Source: Myxococcota bacterium
GTDB taxonomy: Bacteria; Myxococcota_A; SURF-8
NCBI GenBank assembly: GCA_965140415.1
Contig: OZ223209.1
Location: 2,247,928-2,311,927 of the forward strand
DNA length: 64,000 bases
Reading direction: 5' to 3'
In this document: piece after piece, positions 37,384-48,460 of the stretch
How positions within the stretch are numbered: the first letter of the stretch is position 1
How the letters are laid out: every line of letters begins with the position of its first letter
Position numbers and translations under genes: made by a program
Notes under the pieces: model-generated
Database searches by the model: none
The model's input: the letters and a program-made list of their open reading frames with translations, nothing else
Told to the model about the DNA's origin: nothing

Positions 37384-38607
37384 TCAGGTATGGTGGTGCA
37401 TGCTCTGACCCAGCAGCGGGTCTTTGATCGGCACAGGATGATGTCTGCCCAATACCCAGGTGAATACCAGATAAAAAGCTCCGGCAAAGCCCAAGAACAC
37501 TAGGAATTCGCTGATCGGCAGATGTCCCTGGGCGGCGTGTTCGCCATGCCCGATTGCCGGGGATACCATGACGTACAACTCCAGAAACTGAGCCAGCAGA
37601 ATCAATACCGCCATCGTGATGACGCGCTTGGGGCGGCGCTTGTTTTCACGCGGCGTCAGATAAATAAAGGGAATCACGAACTTCACGATGGGTAGTAGAG
37701 CCAGATACGGCAGCCAGCCGTTGGACCAGCGCGCAATGAAATAAAGCGTTTCTTCCGGCAGGTTGCCGTACCAGATCAACAAGAATTGACAGAAGTAGAT
37801 GTAAGCCCAGAATCCGGTGAAGGCGTACATGATTTTCGCGATATCGTGCAGGTGATTCTCGTTTAAAAAGGGTGTCAGTCGTCCGGTCAGCATGAAAATC
37901 GCCACCGTCAGTGAAACCAATGCCGCACCGGATTGCATCATATCGGTAAATGTAACCACGGCGTACATCGTAGAGAACCAGTGGGCATCCAATGACATCA
38001 GGTAGTAAAAGCTAACCATGCTGAAGCTTGGTGCGTACAACAGCAGAAAGACCGCTCCCAGTTTCTTGGTGCGGATGCTAAGACTTGGATCTCCGGTTTT
38101 ATCCTGACGACGAGAAGCCCCGGTGATGAAAAACGAGAACGCCAGCCACAGCAAGGTGGCCGCTGTTACGAGCACGGTGAACATGGTCGCATTTAAAAAG
38201 GGCGCTTTGTGCAACAGCAGCTCATCGGCGGCAACGACCTCGGTGTGGGACCAGTGATAAAGCGAGTGCAGCCCTGCAAGTAAAATCAGGCCCAGTACCA
38301 GACTGACTGAGAGCCATGAACCCATGGCTTCTACGATACGTCGCATGGGTACGGTCCAGACCCCACCGGTCAAAGCTTGAATCGCAGGCCATACCAACCC
38401 GAATAAAGCCAGGCTTAAAAAGTAGAACAGCCCGATCAGGTAGGCGCTCCAGGCGATGCCGTCGTGGCCGCTTTGCAGGTTATACAGAAACGCCCCAATT
38501 CCGATAACGACTGCCAGTATGGCGGCTATTTTCGAGCCGATCGGGAAACGGAGTCGATCGGGAAGGGCCAGATGATCGATAACATGTTGGGTCATCGGTT
38601 TCTCCAA
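37384..38607 (-). CDS. actF: Alternative Complex III subunit ActF (NrfD-like membrane subunit).
   Basis: 407-aa polytopic membrane protein. It is the last gene of the act cluster, paralogous in character to ActC. Confidence 0.72.
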   Translation of the reverse strand: MEKPMTQHVIDHLALPDRLRFPIGSKIAAILAVVIGIGAFLYNLQSGHDGIAWSAYLIGLFYFLSLALFGLVWPAIQALTGGVWTVPMRRIVEAMGSWLSVSLVLGLILLAGLHSLYHWSHTEVVAADELLLHKAPFLNATMFTVLVTAATLLWLAFSFFITGASRRQDKTGDPSLSIRTKKLGAVFLLLYAPSFSMVSFYYLMSLDAHWFSTMYAVVTFTDMMQSGAALVSLTVAIFMLTGRLTPFLNENHLHDIAKIMYAFTGFWAYIYFCQFLLIWYGNLPEETLYFIARWSNGWLPYLALLPIVKFVIPFIYLTPRENKRRPKRVITMAVLILLAQFLELYVMVSPAIGHGEHAAQGHLPISEFLVFLGFAGAFYLVFTWVLGRHHPVPIKDPLLGQSMHHHT

Positions 38608-38613
38608 ATGGAA

Positions 38614-39345
38614 TTACGGTTGCTCGTCCGTAGTCGTATTTTCAGGCTGATTCATCGTGTCCTCAGCCGATTCTTTTTCGGCTTCTTGCTCTGCTTTCTG
38701 CTTTGCCGCCAGTTCCGCAAGGTCTGCTTCCGTTGGAGGCGCTACCGGGGATTCCTTTTGCAGTTTGCGGACGTAATGCACAACTGCCCAAAGTTCTTCC
38801 GGCTCGAAGATCTTGGAGTAACTGGGCATCGATGCCTGCCCGCGCATGGGTACGTGGAAAATGCGTCCATCGCTGTAGTTGCGGACTTTCTGGCGCATCA
38901 AGTGCGGTGGCTTGGGGAAAAGCTGGGCTACTTCGCCGTCTCCTGCACCCTGTTTGCCATGACAGACGATACAGGCGTTTTCGAATACGAACTGACCCTT
39001 CGCTAGCACCTCGGGGGTTGGAGAAAGGGGATTGACCAGGGTTTCGCCTGCCAGATCCGCCTCTTGCTGAATGAAGCGATAGGGATGCTGACTGGTCGCG
39101 ACCGTACCTTCCGCAGGCGCGAGCATGCCCACGACGCGCTCTGAAAACAGATCTTCGCGTTGGGGCTTCAGCTTTGGCTGGTCACCCATGTCGGTCCAGT
39201 TCAATTCCCAGAACGGATCTGCGCCACCGGGTAAACCGAGTTCGCAGCCGCTGCACAACAGCACTGCTAAAAGCAACAAGAGTGGCGTTAGGTAGTTACG
39301 CAACATAGTTGCCCTCCTGGTCGATAAGTCGAATGTCGTCGGCAT
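38614..39345 (-). CDS. actE: Alternative Complex III subunit ActE (monoheme cytochrome c lipoprotein).
   Basis: Single CIVCH heme motif. Probable start at M14 (~39306), giving a lipoprotein signal (LLLLAVLLCSGC). Confidence 0.72.
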   Translation of the reverse strand: MPTTFDLSTRRATMLRNYLTPLLLLLAVLLCSGCELGLPGGADPFWELNWTDMGDQPKLKPQREDLFSERVVGMLAPAEGTVATSQHPYRFIQQEADLAGETLVNPLSPTPEVLAKGQFVFENACIVCHGKQGAGDGEVAQLFPKPPHLMRQKVRNYSDGRIFHVPMRGQASMPSYSKIFEPEELWAVVHYVRKLQKESPVAPPTEADLAELAAKQKAEQEAEKESAEDTMNQPENTTTDEQP

Positions 39346-39847
39346 CCAGTTCCTGTAAAAACTTTAGTGCATCTTCGTGATCGAAAGCCGGATCGCTGGC
39401 GGAAATCCAAAGCACGAAACGGTCCATGGTTGCACCGGTGCGCAGCATCGAGGGCGGTTGCGGCACGGTGTCTTTCTTGCCACCCAGAATCGCGAAGACG
39501 GCAGTCAGAATACCCGAAAAGAGAACCATCAATTCGAAGGTGATGGGTACAAAAGAGGGCCAGGCGAAAAAGGGCTTTCCGCCGAAGTTCATGGGCCAGT
39601 CGATCACCATGATGTAAATCATCATAGCCTGCGCCGCAAGGATGCCCAGCGCGGCGAACAGCGCCGAAAACCAGGGAACCCAGGAACGCTTCAGTCCCAT
39701 TGCCTCGTCCATGCCGTGAACCGGAAAGGGCGTGAGTACGTCGAACAGTTTGTACTTGGAATCTTTCAGGCTTTTTGCGGCCTGTAACGCTTCGTCCGGA
39801 GTGTAGAAACTTCCCAATGCGCCGAGATAGTTTGGCTTGCCGCTCAT
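39296..39847 (-). CDS. actD: Alternative Complex III subunit ActD (DUF3341 membrane protein).
   Basis: 183 aa with two TM helices. Position between actC and actE. Confidence 0.68.
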   Translation of the reverse strand: MSGKPNYLGALGSFYTPDEALQAAKSLKDSKYKLFDVLTPFPVHGMDEAMGLKRSWVPWFSALFAALGILAAQAMMIYIMVIDWPMNFGGKPFFAWPSFVPITFELMVLFSGILTAVFAILGGKKDTVPQPPSMLRTGATMDRFVLWISASDPAFDHEDALKFLQELDADDIRLIDQEGNYVA

Positions 39848-41322
39848 CCCTGCACCTCCTTTCCCGGTCGTTTCGATGCGGCGACCGCCGGGTCCATGAC
39901 GCCTTTGACTTCCGACATGGCCACCGAAGGCAGAAGCCGTACAAAAAGTAGAAAGAGCGTAAAGAACAGGCCGAAGGAGCCGATCAGGATCATCCAGTCA
40001 AACTTGGTCAGAGAGTACATGCCCCAACTGGAGGGGAGAAAGTCCCGATGCAGCGAGGTCACGATGATGACGTAGCGCTCGAACCACATGCCGATATTGA
40101 CCAGAATCGAAACGATGAACAGGGCGTAGATGTTTCGCCGCAGGCTTTTAAACCAGAAGAATTGCGGTACGATGGCATTGCAGGTGAACATGATGAAATA
40201 ACTCCAGCCGTAGGGACCGAAGGCGCGGTTGCGGAAGATGAAGCCTTCGTATTCGCTGCCGGAATACCAGGCCATGAAGAACTCGGTCATGTAGGCCAGT
40301 CCGACCAGCATTCCGGTGAGCATCAATACTTTGGCGATGGCTTCCATGTGGTTGATGGTGATGTAGTTTTTAAGGTTAAAGACCGCCCGCATGATGGTCA
40401 TCAGGGTCAGCACCATGGCGAATCCGCTGAAGATCGCGCCGATTACGAAATAGGGCGGGAAGATCGTCGTATGCCAGCCGGGCAATATGGCTGTGGCGAA
40501 GTCGAAGGAAACGATGGTATGCACCGAGAAAACCAGGGGTGTCGCCAGTGCGGCCAGAATCAGATAGGCCGACTCGTAGTGCCGCCAGGCGCGATTGCTA
40601 CCGTTCCAGCCCAGAGAGAGCGCGTTATAGAAACGACGTCGCCAGGGATGTTTGGCATGATCGCGGATGGTCGCCAGATCCGGCAACAGTCCCATGTACC
40701 AGAAGACGGCGGAAATCGTGCCGTAGGTGGAAATGGCGAAAATGTCCCATGCCAGGGCGCTGTTGAAGTTCACCCATAAGGAGCCGCGCCCGTTCGGAAT
40801 CGGAGCCAGCCAGTAGGCGAACCAGGGCCTTCCAAGGTGGATGATGGGAAACAGTCCTGCGCAGGCCACGGCGAATAATGTCATCGCTTCTGCCGAGCGA
40901 TTGATCGCCGTTCGCCACTTTTGTCGAAACAGATACAGCACCGCCGAAATCAGCGTTCCGGCGTGACCGATACCGATCCAGAAAACGAAATTGACGATGA
41001 AGCTTCCCCAGCCAACCGGATGGTTGATGCCTACGACTCCTTCACCTGCGTAAAACAAGGTGGCAAGGCCGAGTCCCAGCATACTTAGCGCCGAAAGTGC
41101 CAGTGCAAAGGCGATCCACCAGCGCCGCGTCGGGAACGAATCGACGTGTACGCCGATATCGGTATCGACATCGAGGTAGCGTTTGGCTCCCGTAACCAGC
41201 GGCTCCGGGATGAACATATCGCCGCCAAACGGACCGGCTCCTTCGATGACCAGCGGTTTGCCGGTGAGCATCGAGTCGTTCATGTAAACGGCATATGGAC
41301 TTGTGTTCGCATCATGTTTCAT
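39844..41322 (-). CDS. actC: Alternative Complex III subunit ActC (NrfD/PsrC-like quinol-interacting membrane subunit).
   Basis: 492 aa, polytopic, NrfD-like. The start overlaps the actB stop. Confidence 0.82.
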   Translation of the reverse strand: MKHDANTSPYAVYMNDSMLTGKPLVIEGAGPFGGDMFIPEPLVTGAKRYLDVDTDIGVHVDSFPTRRWWIAFALALSALSMLGLGLATLFYAGEGVVGINHPVGWGSFIVNFVFWIGIGHAGTLISAVLYLFRQKWRTAINRSAEAMTLFAVACAGLFPIIHLGRPWFAYWLAPIPNGRGSLWVNFNSALAWDIFAISTYGTISAVFWYMGLLPDLATIRDHAKHPWRRRFYNALSLGWNGSNRAWRHYESAYLILAALATPLVFSVHTIVSFDFATAILPGWHTTIFPPYFVIGAIFSGFAMVLTLMTIMRAVFNLKNYITINHMEAIAKVLMLTGMLVGLAYMTEFFMAWYSGSEYEGFIFRNRAFGPYGWSYFIMFTCNAIVPQFFWFKSLRRNIYALFIVSILVNIGMWFERYVIIVTSLHRDFLPSSWGMYSLTKFDWMILIGSFGLFFTLFLLFVRLLPSVAMSEVKGVMDPAVAASKRPGKEVQG

Positions 41323-44300
41323 TGCGCACCTTCGTCAAATAGGAGATGGAAGGTTTCACTCCGGTTGCTTCGAGCAAGGTCATGGCGCGGGGCGCAGCCG
41401 CAGACTTCTTTACGGCGGAACCGCTCAGGTTGATGTCTCCGAAAACGATGGCTTTGGTCGGACAGGCTTCCATGCAGGCCGGAACGACTTCGCCATCCGT
41501 CAAGGTTCCTTTTTTTCCGTCAGCTCGGGAGAGACTCTCCGCTTCGCGGATGCGCTGGATGCAGAAACTGCATTTTTCCATCACACCTCGCGAACGCACG
41601 GTGACTTCCGGATTGTTTTTCATCTGCATCTTGCCGCGCACGTTTAAGCGAGCGTGGTCTTTCATCTCCGGCACCAGCAGGTTCATGATGAAGCTCTTGC
41701 GTTCGGAGGAATATTCAAACCAGTTGAAGCGCCGCACTTTAAAGGGACAGTTGTTCGAACAGTAGCGGGTGCCGACGCAGCGATTGTAGATTTGCTGGTT
41801 CAGTCCGTCTGAGCTGTGCATGGTTGCAACAAAGGGGCATACCGTTTCGCAAGGTGCGTTTTCGCAGTGCTGACAGAGCATCGGCTCGAATAAGGTGTTC
41901 GGTTCCTCCACGACTTCCAAGGGGGAGTCCCAGACCTTGTCGTCCCAGCCTCCCTGCTTTTTCGGTGCGTCGTAATAGCGATCGATGCGGATCCAGGACA
42001 TTTCCCGTCCGTCGAGTACGCCCTGTTTGCCAACCACCGGGATATTGTTTTCCGCCTGGCAGGCGACGACGCACTGGGCGCAGCCGATGCAGCGGTTCAG
42101 ATCGATGGTCATCCACCAGCGCTTGTCTTCGTATTTATGCCCGGACCAGGCGGAAGGACCGCCGGGAGTTTGCTCGGTTCCGGCCTTTGGATCCTTGCTG
42201 TAGCTGGCTAGATCCGTTACCGGTACGAGTTGTCGCACCGAGCGATCCAGTACTTCTGAGCCTTGAGGAATCGCAAGGGGAGTCATGCCCTCCACCGTCT
42301 GTATGGTGCAGGTCAACCTGGCGCGAATCAGGCGATGGTTTTTTACGGGTAAGAGCGGGAATGCGTTGCTTCCAATGTCGTTTCCGATTTTTCCGCAGGC
42401 CGTGCGGCCCAGTCCCAACGGCAGCGCCACCACATCCTGATGCATACCGGCCTGGCGGAAGGCGGGTAATGTCAAATTCTGGTTATTAATCGTAACGGAC
42501 AGATGCTGGCCGTTTTCAAGCTTCATCTCGTCGAATCGACGGGGAGCGATGGCCAGCCAGCTTCCCCAGGTAATGCGGGAAATGGGATCGGGCAGTTCCA
42601 ATAGCCAGCCGTTGTTGTTCTGACTGCCGTCACCCAGCGTGGGATGCGGGAAAAACAGCACTTCCAATCCGTTGGCGGCTTTAACGGGTACCTTGGAAAG
42701 AATTGAAAGCGTTTCCGTTTGAAATTCCGGATCAGGTGTAAATTGGGTTGACGTTGCAATGCGCACGAAACCCTTGCGCAGGGTCTCATCCCAGAAATCA
42801 TCGAAGGCGGGATGCGCCGTCTGCTTGGGGAAAAGCTGTTGTTTCCAGTGTTCACGCAAGTAGATGTAGGCCGGACTATGAACCTTGGCCTTTTCCGTTT
42901 CTTTGTCGGTCGCCAGCATAACGGCGGTTTTGAACTCGGGAATTGTTGCGGCCTGTGCGCCCCAGGCGATAAGGATGTCGAGCAAACCGAATGTGCTGTA
43001 CAATGGGCGAATGGAAGGCTGGCGAATGCCATACAGACCGGTCTCGAAGGTGACATCTCCCCAGCTTTCCAGGTCGTGACTTGCAGGCGCCAGGTAGTCT
43101 GCCAGTCTGCTGGTTTCGTCTACACGATCGCTAAAGGAAATAATCGTTTTGACCTTCGAGATGGCGGCCTTAAACCCCAATGCTTCGGGTAGGTGATAGA
43201 CCGGGTTGACGCCATGAAATAGCAGCAGGGAAATGTTACCCTTCGCCATCTGTCTGGTGAGTTCTTCCACTTCTTCAAACGATCCCGTTAACGTGGACTG
43301 TTGGGGGTGCAGCTCGATCGTTTTCTTGTAGTTTCCGAGACTTAAGTTGATTAGAGCCAGTGCCGTTTCCAACTCGACGCCAAATTCGGACGAACTGCTG
43401 CTTCCATCGCCGAGGACGATGGATTTTCCTGCGTGTTGTGCTAACTCGTTCGCCAGCTTCGTCAACGTTGCGACATCCAGCCCGCTTGCCTTGCTCACGG
43501 CTGTAATGCTAAAGGGGGTAAGGATCTCATTCAGTTTCGCATGGTTTGCTAGTGGCCCGAGTTTTTTCGTTACGATCAACTCGTTTGCGATAGCCAGCGC
43601 CACAAGTGGAAGTTGCGACGGGCGCACGCGAATGCGCTGATCCGCATTGGCGCCGGTCAAGGTCAACTGGCCTTCCAACATCACAAAACGGCTCATGCCG
43701 GATTTACGATCCGGGTCGCGCCCGGTCACGAATTGCTGCTGCTCCATGCTGCGAGGAAAGTCTAAAAACTCCGAACCGAAACCTACAATCAGCTTTGCCC
43801 GGTCAAACCGGTAATTCGGCAACAGGCCCGGACCGAAACAGGTGCTTGTGGCAGTAGCAAGCGCATCCGGTTCGAAAACCGAACTTTGGATGTGTCGCGC
43901 TCCAACTGCTTGGCAGAAACGCTCGATAATCGCCTGGCTGCCTGGACCGTTAATGGGACCGGTCAACAAAGCGATTTTACCTTTGCTCGCCTTCAGTGCT
44001 TTTACTGCTTCACTGCCAAGTTGCTCCCAGCTTGTCGGAGCGACGACATCGGTTGAGCGTCGCACCCAAAGCGGCGTTTTGGCACGATCCGGGTCGTAAA
44101 GATCCATCAATGTCGCCTGAATGCGATGGCTTGTCAGTATCGGAAGCGGATGATCCGGGTTGGGGACGACCTGAATCGGGCGGCCTTCACGCGTGCGAAC
44201 CAGCACGGGTGCGTTTCCGATGGCGGAGGCGTAAAGCAGGGGCTTGCCCAGCCGAACCTGCTCCTCCGGTCTGGTTACAAAAGGAATGACATCCTCAACC

Positions 44301-44512
44301 GGCGCCTGGCAGCCGCTGGCGCTTACCGCAACCATGGCTGTAGCTGCTCCGGCTACACGCAGAAAGTCGCGGCGGTTCAGTTGCAGGGGTTTGGAATGAT
44401 CCGGGAACTCTACCCGCAGAGCAGATGCCGCGTCACTTGGCTTTGTCGGAGAAGAGTCTGTTCGGTTTCGCTTCATTGATTTCTCCATGGCTTTCACTTT
44501 CGTTCTTCCCAA
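41312..44512 (-). CDS. actB: Alternative Complex III subunit ActB (fused molybdopterin-oxidoreductase-like B1 and 4Fe-4S ferredoxin B2 domains, Tat signal).
   Basis: 1066 aa. Twin-arginine signal [14 protein letters not shown]-terminal multiple CxxCxxCxxxCP ferredoxin motifs ([15 protein letters not shown]…, [14 protein letters not shown]…). Confidence 0.88.
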   Translation of the reverse strand: MGRTKVKAMEKSMKRNRTDSSPTKPSDAASALRVEFPDHSKPLQLNRRDFLRVAGAATAMVAVSASGCQAPVEDVIPFVTRPEEQVRLGKPLLYASAIGNAPVLVRTREGRPIQVVPNPDHPLPILTSHRIQATLMDLYDPDRAKTPLWVRRSTDVVAPTSWEQLGSEAVKALKASKGKIALLTGPINGPGSQAIIERFCQAVGARHIQSSVFEPDALATATSTCFGPGLLPNYRFDRAKLIVGFGSEFLDFPRSMEQQQFVTGRDPDRKSGMSRFVMLEGQLTLTGANADQRIRVRPSQLPLVALAIANELIVTKKLGPLANHAKLNEILTPFSITAVSKASGLDVATLTKLANELAQHAGKSIVLGDGSSSSSEFGVELETALALINLSLGNYKKTIELHPQQSTLTGSFEEVEELTRQMAKGNISLLLFHGVNPVYHLPEALGFKAAISKVKTIISFSDRVDETSRLADYLAPASHDLESWGDVTFETGLYGIRQPSIRPLYSTFGLLDILIAWGAQAATIPEFKTAVMLATDKETEKAKVHSPAYIYLREHWKQQLFPKQTAHPAFDDFWDETLRKGFVRIATSTQFTPDPEFQTETLSILSKVPVKAANGLEVLFFPHPTLGDGSQNNNGWLLELPDPISRITWGSWLAIAPRRFDEMKLENGQHLSVTINNQNLTLPAFRQAGMHQDVVALPLGLGRTACGKIGNDIGSNAFPLLPVKNHRLIRARLTCTIQTVEGMTPLAIPQGSEVLDRSVRQLVPVTDLASYSKDPKAGTEQTPGGPSAWSGHKYEDKRWWMTIDLNRCIGCAQCVVACQAENNIPVVGKQGVLDGREMSWIRIDRYYDAPKKQGGWDDKVWDSPLEVVEEPNTLFEPMLCQHCENAPCETVCPFVATMHSSDGLNQQIYNRCVGTRYCSNNCPFKVRRFNWFEYSSERKSFIMNLLVPEMKDHARLNVRGKMQMKNNPEVTVRSRGVMEKCSFCIQRIREAESLSRADGKKGTLTDGEVVPACMEACPTKAIVFGDINLSGSAVKKSAAAPRAMTLLEATGVKPSISYLTKVRNET

Positions 44513-45100
44513 TCAGCGATGACAGATCGTGCAGTCGGTGCGGGCGTTCATTTCGGGCTTGCGGTGGCATTCCAAACACCAGCCCATGTTGAATGCATTC
44601 ACAATGGATACGCGCTCCGTCTTTTCGACCTCGCCATGGCAGTCCACGCAATCGACTATCTGCTTGTTTTGATCGTCGCGCGCATTCAAATGCGGGGAGT
44701 GATCGAAGTACACGAAGTCCGGCAGATCGTGAACCTTGACCCACTGAATCGGCTCGCCATTGTCCCAATGATCTTTCAGCTTGATCACCCACTCTTTGTC
44801 CTGACCGACATAGGTGTGGCAGTTCATGCAGATGTCCATCGACGCGATGGTGGCGTGCCGTCCCTTATCGACCATCGTGTGGCAATAGCGGCAGGGAATG
44901 TTGTAACCGCCGACGTTCACTTTTTCCCCTTTGTCATTGGTTTCCCATACTTCCGGGCCCGCCATGCGGGAATGACGGAAAAAGATCGGTTGATAGGGCT
45001 GATAGCCTTCGCGCGGGTCCGCACAGCCATCGAGAAGCAGCAACGGAACGAACAAACCCCAGGCCAGTGCTGCGATCAGAAGGGGGTGGCTTTGCTTCAT
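44513..45100 (-). CDS. actA: Alternative Complex III subunit ActA (pentaheme cytochrome c).
   Basis: Five CxxCH motifs: CRYCH, CMNCH, CVDCH, CLECH, CTICH. Signal/TM anchor. It starts 1 nt after the actB stop boundary. Confidence 0.85.
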   Translation of the reverse strand: MKQSHPLLIAALAWGLFVPLLLLDGCADPREGYQPYQPIFFRHSRMAGPEVWETNDKGEKVNVGGYNIPCRYCHTMVDKGRHATIASMDICMNCHTYVGQDKEWVIKLKDHWDNGEPIQWVKVHDLPDFVYFDHSPHLNARDDQNKQIVDCVDCHGEVEKTERVSIVNAFNMGWCLECHRKPEMNARTDCTICHR

Positions 45101-45124
45101 CGGTTTCTCATCCTTCTCCCTGGT

Positions 45125-45460
45125 TCAACTGGATTTTGAATCCGTGGAATGATTTCCATCGGATACGAACGTTTCAGAGTCCTCGGTCTTTGTATGGTCA
45201 CCCGTTTTACTGCGACCGGGTTTTTCTTCGTCATCGAACAGAATGCGAATCGCAGGCGTTTTCATATCCTCGAATTGTCCGTTTCGCACTGCCCAGATAA
45301 ACAGTGCCAGTGCGCCTCCTGCAAATAGAAGCGCCAACGGCAGCAAAAAGTAGATCACATCCAAAACAACCCTCCTTTCAAGCCGTTGTTTGAGAAAGGA
45401 GTGTGGATTTCCTCGCGTCGTATGAAGCGAAGGAGCGTCCCAAGATTGCAAATCCCACAA
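45125..45460 (-). CDS. ccoS: cbb3-type cytochrome oxidase maturation protein CcoS.
   Basis: Core matches CcoS/FixS (LLPLALLFAGGALALFIWAVRNGQFEDMKTPAIRILFDDEE). The ORF-track ATG start would overlap ccoI by 83 nt. A TTG start near 45364 just after the ccoI stop is more likely, giving ~80 aa. Confidence 0.6.
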   Translation of the reverse strand: MWDLQSWDAPSLHTTRGNPHSFLKQRLERRVVLDVIYFLLPLALLFAGGALALFIWAVRNGQFEDMKTPAIRILFDDEEKPGRSKTGDHTKTEDSETFVSDGNHSTDSKSS

Positions 45461-47900
45461 CCGACAGGGAACTGATCGGCATCAGGATTGCGGCCAGCAA
45501 CGGCCCGACCAGACCGAAAAACGCCAGGCTGGCGCAGGCCAGGTTGTAAATAAGCGAAAAAATCAGGCAGCGGTGAATGATGCCCAAAGTGCGCTTTCCG
45601 CCTTCGACCAGTTCAACGATGGGGTTTAAACCGGCTCGGGTCAGAACGACGTCGGCTGCTTGAATGCTGGCACCCGAGCCGCCATGTACACTTACGCCGA
45701 TATCGGCGGCGGCCAATGCGGCAGCGTCGTTCGCACCGTCACCGACCATTAAAACCTTTCCGGCATTCGAGTTTTCGTGCGTATCCAGTAAGTGTTGAAT
45801 CAACGCCAGTTTTTCTTCGGGGCTCTGATCTCCCTTGACATGTTCAGGCGGCAGGTTCAGCTGTTGTGCGATCTGCTCCACAATGCGGCCATTGTCACCG
45901 GAAGAAACATGGAGCTTCCATCCTTGATCACGCAAATGGTCGAGCGCCGCTCCAGCTTCCGGTCGAATCGGATCACCGAATCCGGCGATCGCTTCAAGCT
46001 GGCCGTCGACTGCAACAAACAGTGGCGAAAGCAGATCTTTCAGCAGGTTTTCTTCCGCCTGTTCCCATTCGGTGTTGATTGCAACCTCATGCTGCTTCAT
46101 GAAGCGACGATTGCCGATTTGCACCCTGTGCCCGTCTACCGTGCCGCTTACTCCGCGACCCAGCGATTCCTGAACGTTTGTGACTTGCAAATGAGAAGCG
46201 GTTACATGTTCAAAGGAACGAGCGAAGGAACGCGCTAATGGATGGGTAGTCTGCATTTCCAGCGCCAATGCCAGTCGAGCGGTATTCTCCGAGCCTTGCC
46301 AGCGTACGAGCGAAGATTCCCCACGTGTCAGAGTGCCGGTTTTATCGAAGACCGCAGTGTCGACTTTGGAAAGCATTTCCAATAAATCCGGGCGCTTCAG
46401 GAAGATTCCACGCCGCCCCGCCTTGGCCAGCGCCACCGTCACGGCGGTCGGAGTCGCCAGTCCCAAAGCGCAGGGGCAGGTTACGACCAGCAGGGCGATC
46501 ACCTGTTCCAGAACGCGATGCGGTTCGATGAACGCCCAATACAGACCGGTTGCAGTTGCCAGGGCGAGTACGGTCAGTACGAAGTAGTGGCTGATGCTAT
46601 CCGCCGTGCGCACGATGGAGGCGCGTTTCGAACTGGCTTGCTCCACCAGTTTTATCAGTGCACCCAGGCGCGTGCGCTCGCCAACGGCAGTTGCAACGAT
46701 CTCCAGCCGACTGTCGAGGTTGATGGCGCCGGCATGGATGTCGCTTCCCGCCCGTACGCTTTGCGGTTCCGATTCTCCTGTAATCACGGCATTATTCAAC
46801 CTGCTCCGACCGACGGAGACCAGACCGTCCGCCGGGACGATGTCGCCGGGCAGCACCTCCAGGCGGTCGCCACGAACGATGGTTTCCAACGGCTTTTCAG
46901 TTGAAACACCGTCGGTGTCGATTTTCCGTGCGAATTCCGTAAAGGAAGAGCCATTCAGGCGTTCGGCAAGATCCAGCGCGGCTCGCTGGGCGCGTTGTTG
47001 AAGAAAACGACCGGCCAGCAACAAGGCCACTAGGGCGCAGACGGAATCGAAATAGACCGATCCTTCTCCACGCAAGGTTGACACGGCGCTGAAACCGAAA
47101 CCTGCCAGAATGCCAATGGAAATCGGAAGGTCCATGTGTGGCACGTGTTGCTTCAAGCCAGCAAGCGCCGCCGTGAAAAAGGGGCGGGCGCTGAACAAAA
47201 CGACAGGCAGAGTCAACCCGAAGGCGACCCAGCGGAAGAAAGAGAAAAAGTTGCTTTCCATCCCGCTGTATTCACCCGCATACAACGCCCCTTCCACCAT
47301 CATCACGTTCAATGCGCAGACAATGGCCACGCCCAGCTTGATCAATAGGGCGCGATCTTCCTTTTTGCGCAATTGCCGAACGTCGGAGGCGCGGTAAGCA
47401 TGTGGAGAATATCCGATGCGATCCAGCGATCTGGCGATATTGGAAAGATTGACTTTTTCGGAATCCCATTCGATTTCCGCCACGGCGCGCGGCAGGTCCA
47501 AGCGTATGTTCAACACGCCTTCTTGTCCGAGCGGGTAGCGTTCGACTAGCCAGACGCAGGCGGCACAATGGACGCCTTCAAGGTAGAGTTGTGCGGTTTT
47601 CGTGCCTGTCTCGGTGTCTTTTACATGATTGAGTTGGAATGTTTCGTCGTCGAAATCGGTAAAAGCGCGACCGCTGATCGAAGCTGCCTGTGGGGTATCG
47701 TCGGTAAGTGCCTGATAGTTGTAATATTCCTCGAAGCCTTCTTCGTGGAGAATCGCATAAACCTGTTTACAGCCCGAGCAGCAGAACTGGAGCTGCTGGC
47801 CGCTTTGCAGCATGTTGCCTGGGACAGGCAATCCGCAATGAGCGCAAGTTACGCGCTCTGATGCTTTGGATGTTGACATGTCGCTCACAAGCTCATTCAT
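45378..47900 (-). CDS. ccoI: Copper-translocating P1B-type ATPase for cbb3 oxidase assembly (CcoI/FixI).
   Basis: 840 aa. N-terminal CxxC metal-binding motifs, CPC in TM6 (VVTCPCALGLATP), DKTGT phosphorylation site, GDGxND hinge. Confidence 0.9.
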   Translation of the reverse strand: MNELVSDMSTSKASERVTCAHCGLPVPGNMLQSGQQLQFCCSGCKQVYAILHEEGFEEYYNYQALTDDTPQAASISGRAFTDFDDETFQLNHVKDTETGTKTAQLYLEGVHCAACVWLVERYPLGQEGVLNIRLDLPRAVAEIEWDSEKVNLSNIARSLDRIGYSPHAYRASDVRQLRKKEDRALLIKLGVAIVCALNVMMVEGALYAGEYSGMESNFFSFFRWVAFGLTLPVVLFSARPFFTAALAGLKQHVPHMDLPISIGILAGFGFSAVSTLRGEGSVYFDSVCALVALLLAGRFLQQRAQRAALDLAERLNGSSFTEFARKIDTDGVSTEKPLETIVRGDRLEVLPGDIVPADGLVSVGRSRLNNAVITGESEPQSVRAGSDIHAGAINLDSRLEIVATAVGERTRLGALIKLVEQASSKRASIVRTADSISHYFVLTVLALATATGLYWAFIEPHRVLEQVIALLVVTCPCALGLATPTAVTVALAKAGRRGIFLKRPDLLEMLSKVDTAVFDKTGTLTRGESSLVRWQGSENTARLALALEMQTTHPLARSFARSFEHVTASHLQVTNVQESLGRGVSGTVDGHRVQIGNRRFMKQHEVAINTEWEQAEENLLKDLLSPLFVAVDGQLEAIAGFGDPIRPEAGAALDHLRDQGWKLHVSSGDNGRIVEQIAQQLNLPPEHVKGDQSPEEKLALIQHLLDTHENSNAGKVLMVGDGANDAAALAAADIGVSVHGGSGASIQAADVVLTRAGLNPIVELVEGGKRTLGIIHRCLIFSLIYNLACASLAFFGLVGPLLAAILMPISSLSVVGFAILGRSFASYDARKSTLLSQTTA

Positions 47901-48436
47901 GGACGATTATCGTTCCTCTCATAGCCGGGTACGTCGATTCGTAGAGCTTCCACATACTCCGTGCTGTCCTTTTTCAATGCGACCCGGAATTCCCACAATC
48001 CGCCCTGTGGCAGATCCAACAATACGCGGTAGCGTCCAGGTGATTGCGGCAGTTCCGTTAGCGTTCCTTCCGTATTCATGCGAAGATTGGCAGGGCGAAC
48101 CGCCGACAGCATCCCTTTCAGATTTCGGATCGGCTGCTGTTGAGGATCCAACACATCAAGATCTACGGGGCGTTTCATGCCGGGCAGATACTGCGGCCCG
48201 GCGGGGATATCGATGGAAAGCTCCCAGCCCAGCTTGCGGCTGGCGTCGGCTTTGGCGCGCTGCTGGTCCCAGTCGAAAGAGCGTTCGTAATAGCCGCGCT
48301 CCGGGCGAGGTGCATCGGGGCGTGTCGCAAAGTACACCATGATGCCTTGTGCTGTGATGGACATGATCAGTAGTCCGGCCAGAAACATCGGCCAGCGATG
48401 ATCGGATATCCATTTAATCCATGCATTCATTTCCAA
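47897..48436 (-). CDS. ccoH: FixH/CcoH-family protein.
   Basis: 179 aa, a single N-terminal TM, periplasmic domain. The position between ccoG and ccoI is canonical. Confidence 0.72.
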   Translation of the reverse strand: MEMNAWIKWISDHRWPMFLAGLLIMSITAQGIMVYFATRPDAPRPERGYYERSFDWDQQRAKADASRKLGWELSIDIPAGPQYLPGMKRPVDLDVLDPQQQPIRNLKGMLSAVRPANLRMNTEGTLTELPQSPGRYRVLLDLPQGGLWEFRVALKKDSTEYVEALRIDVPGYERNDNRP

Positions 48437-48460
48437 GTCTCCATCGATCTAAGCCCGGTT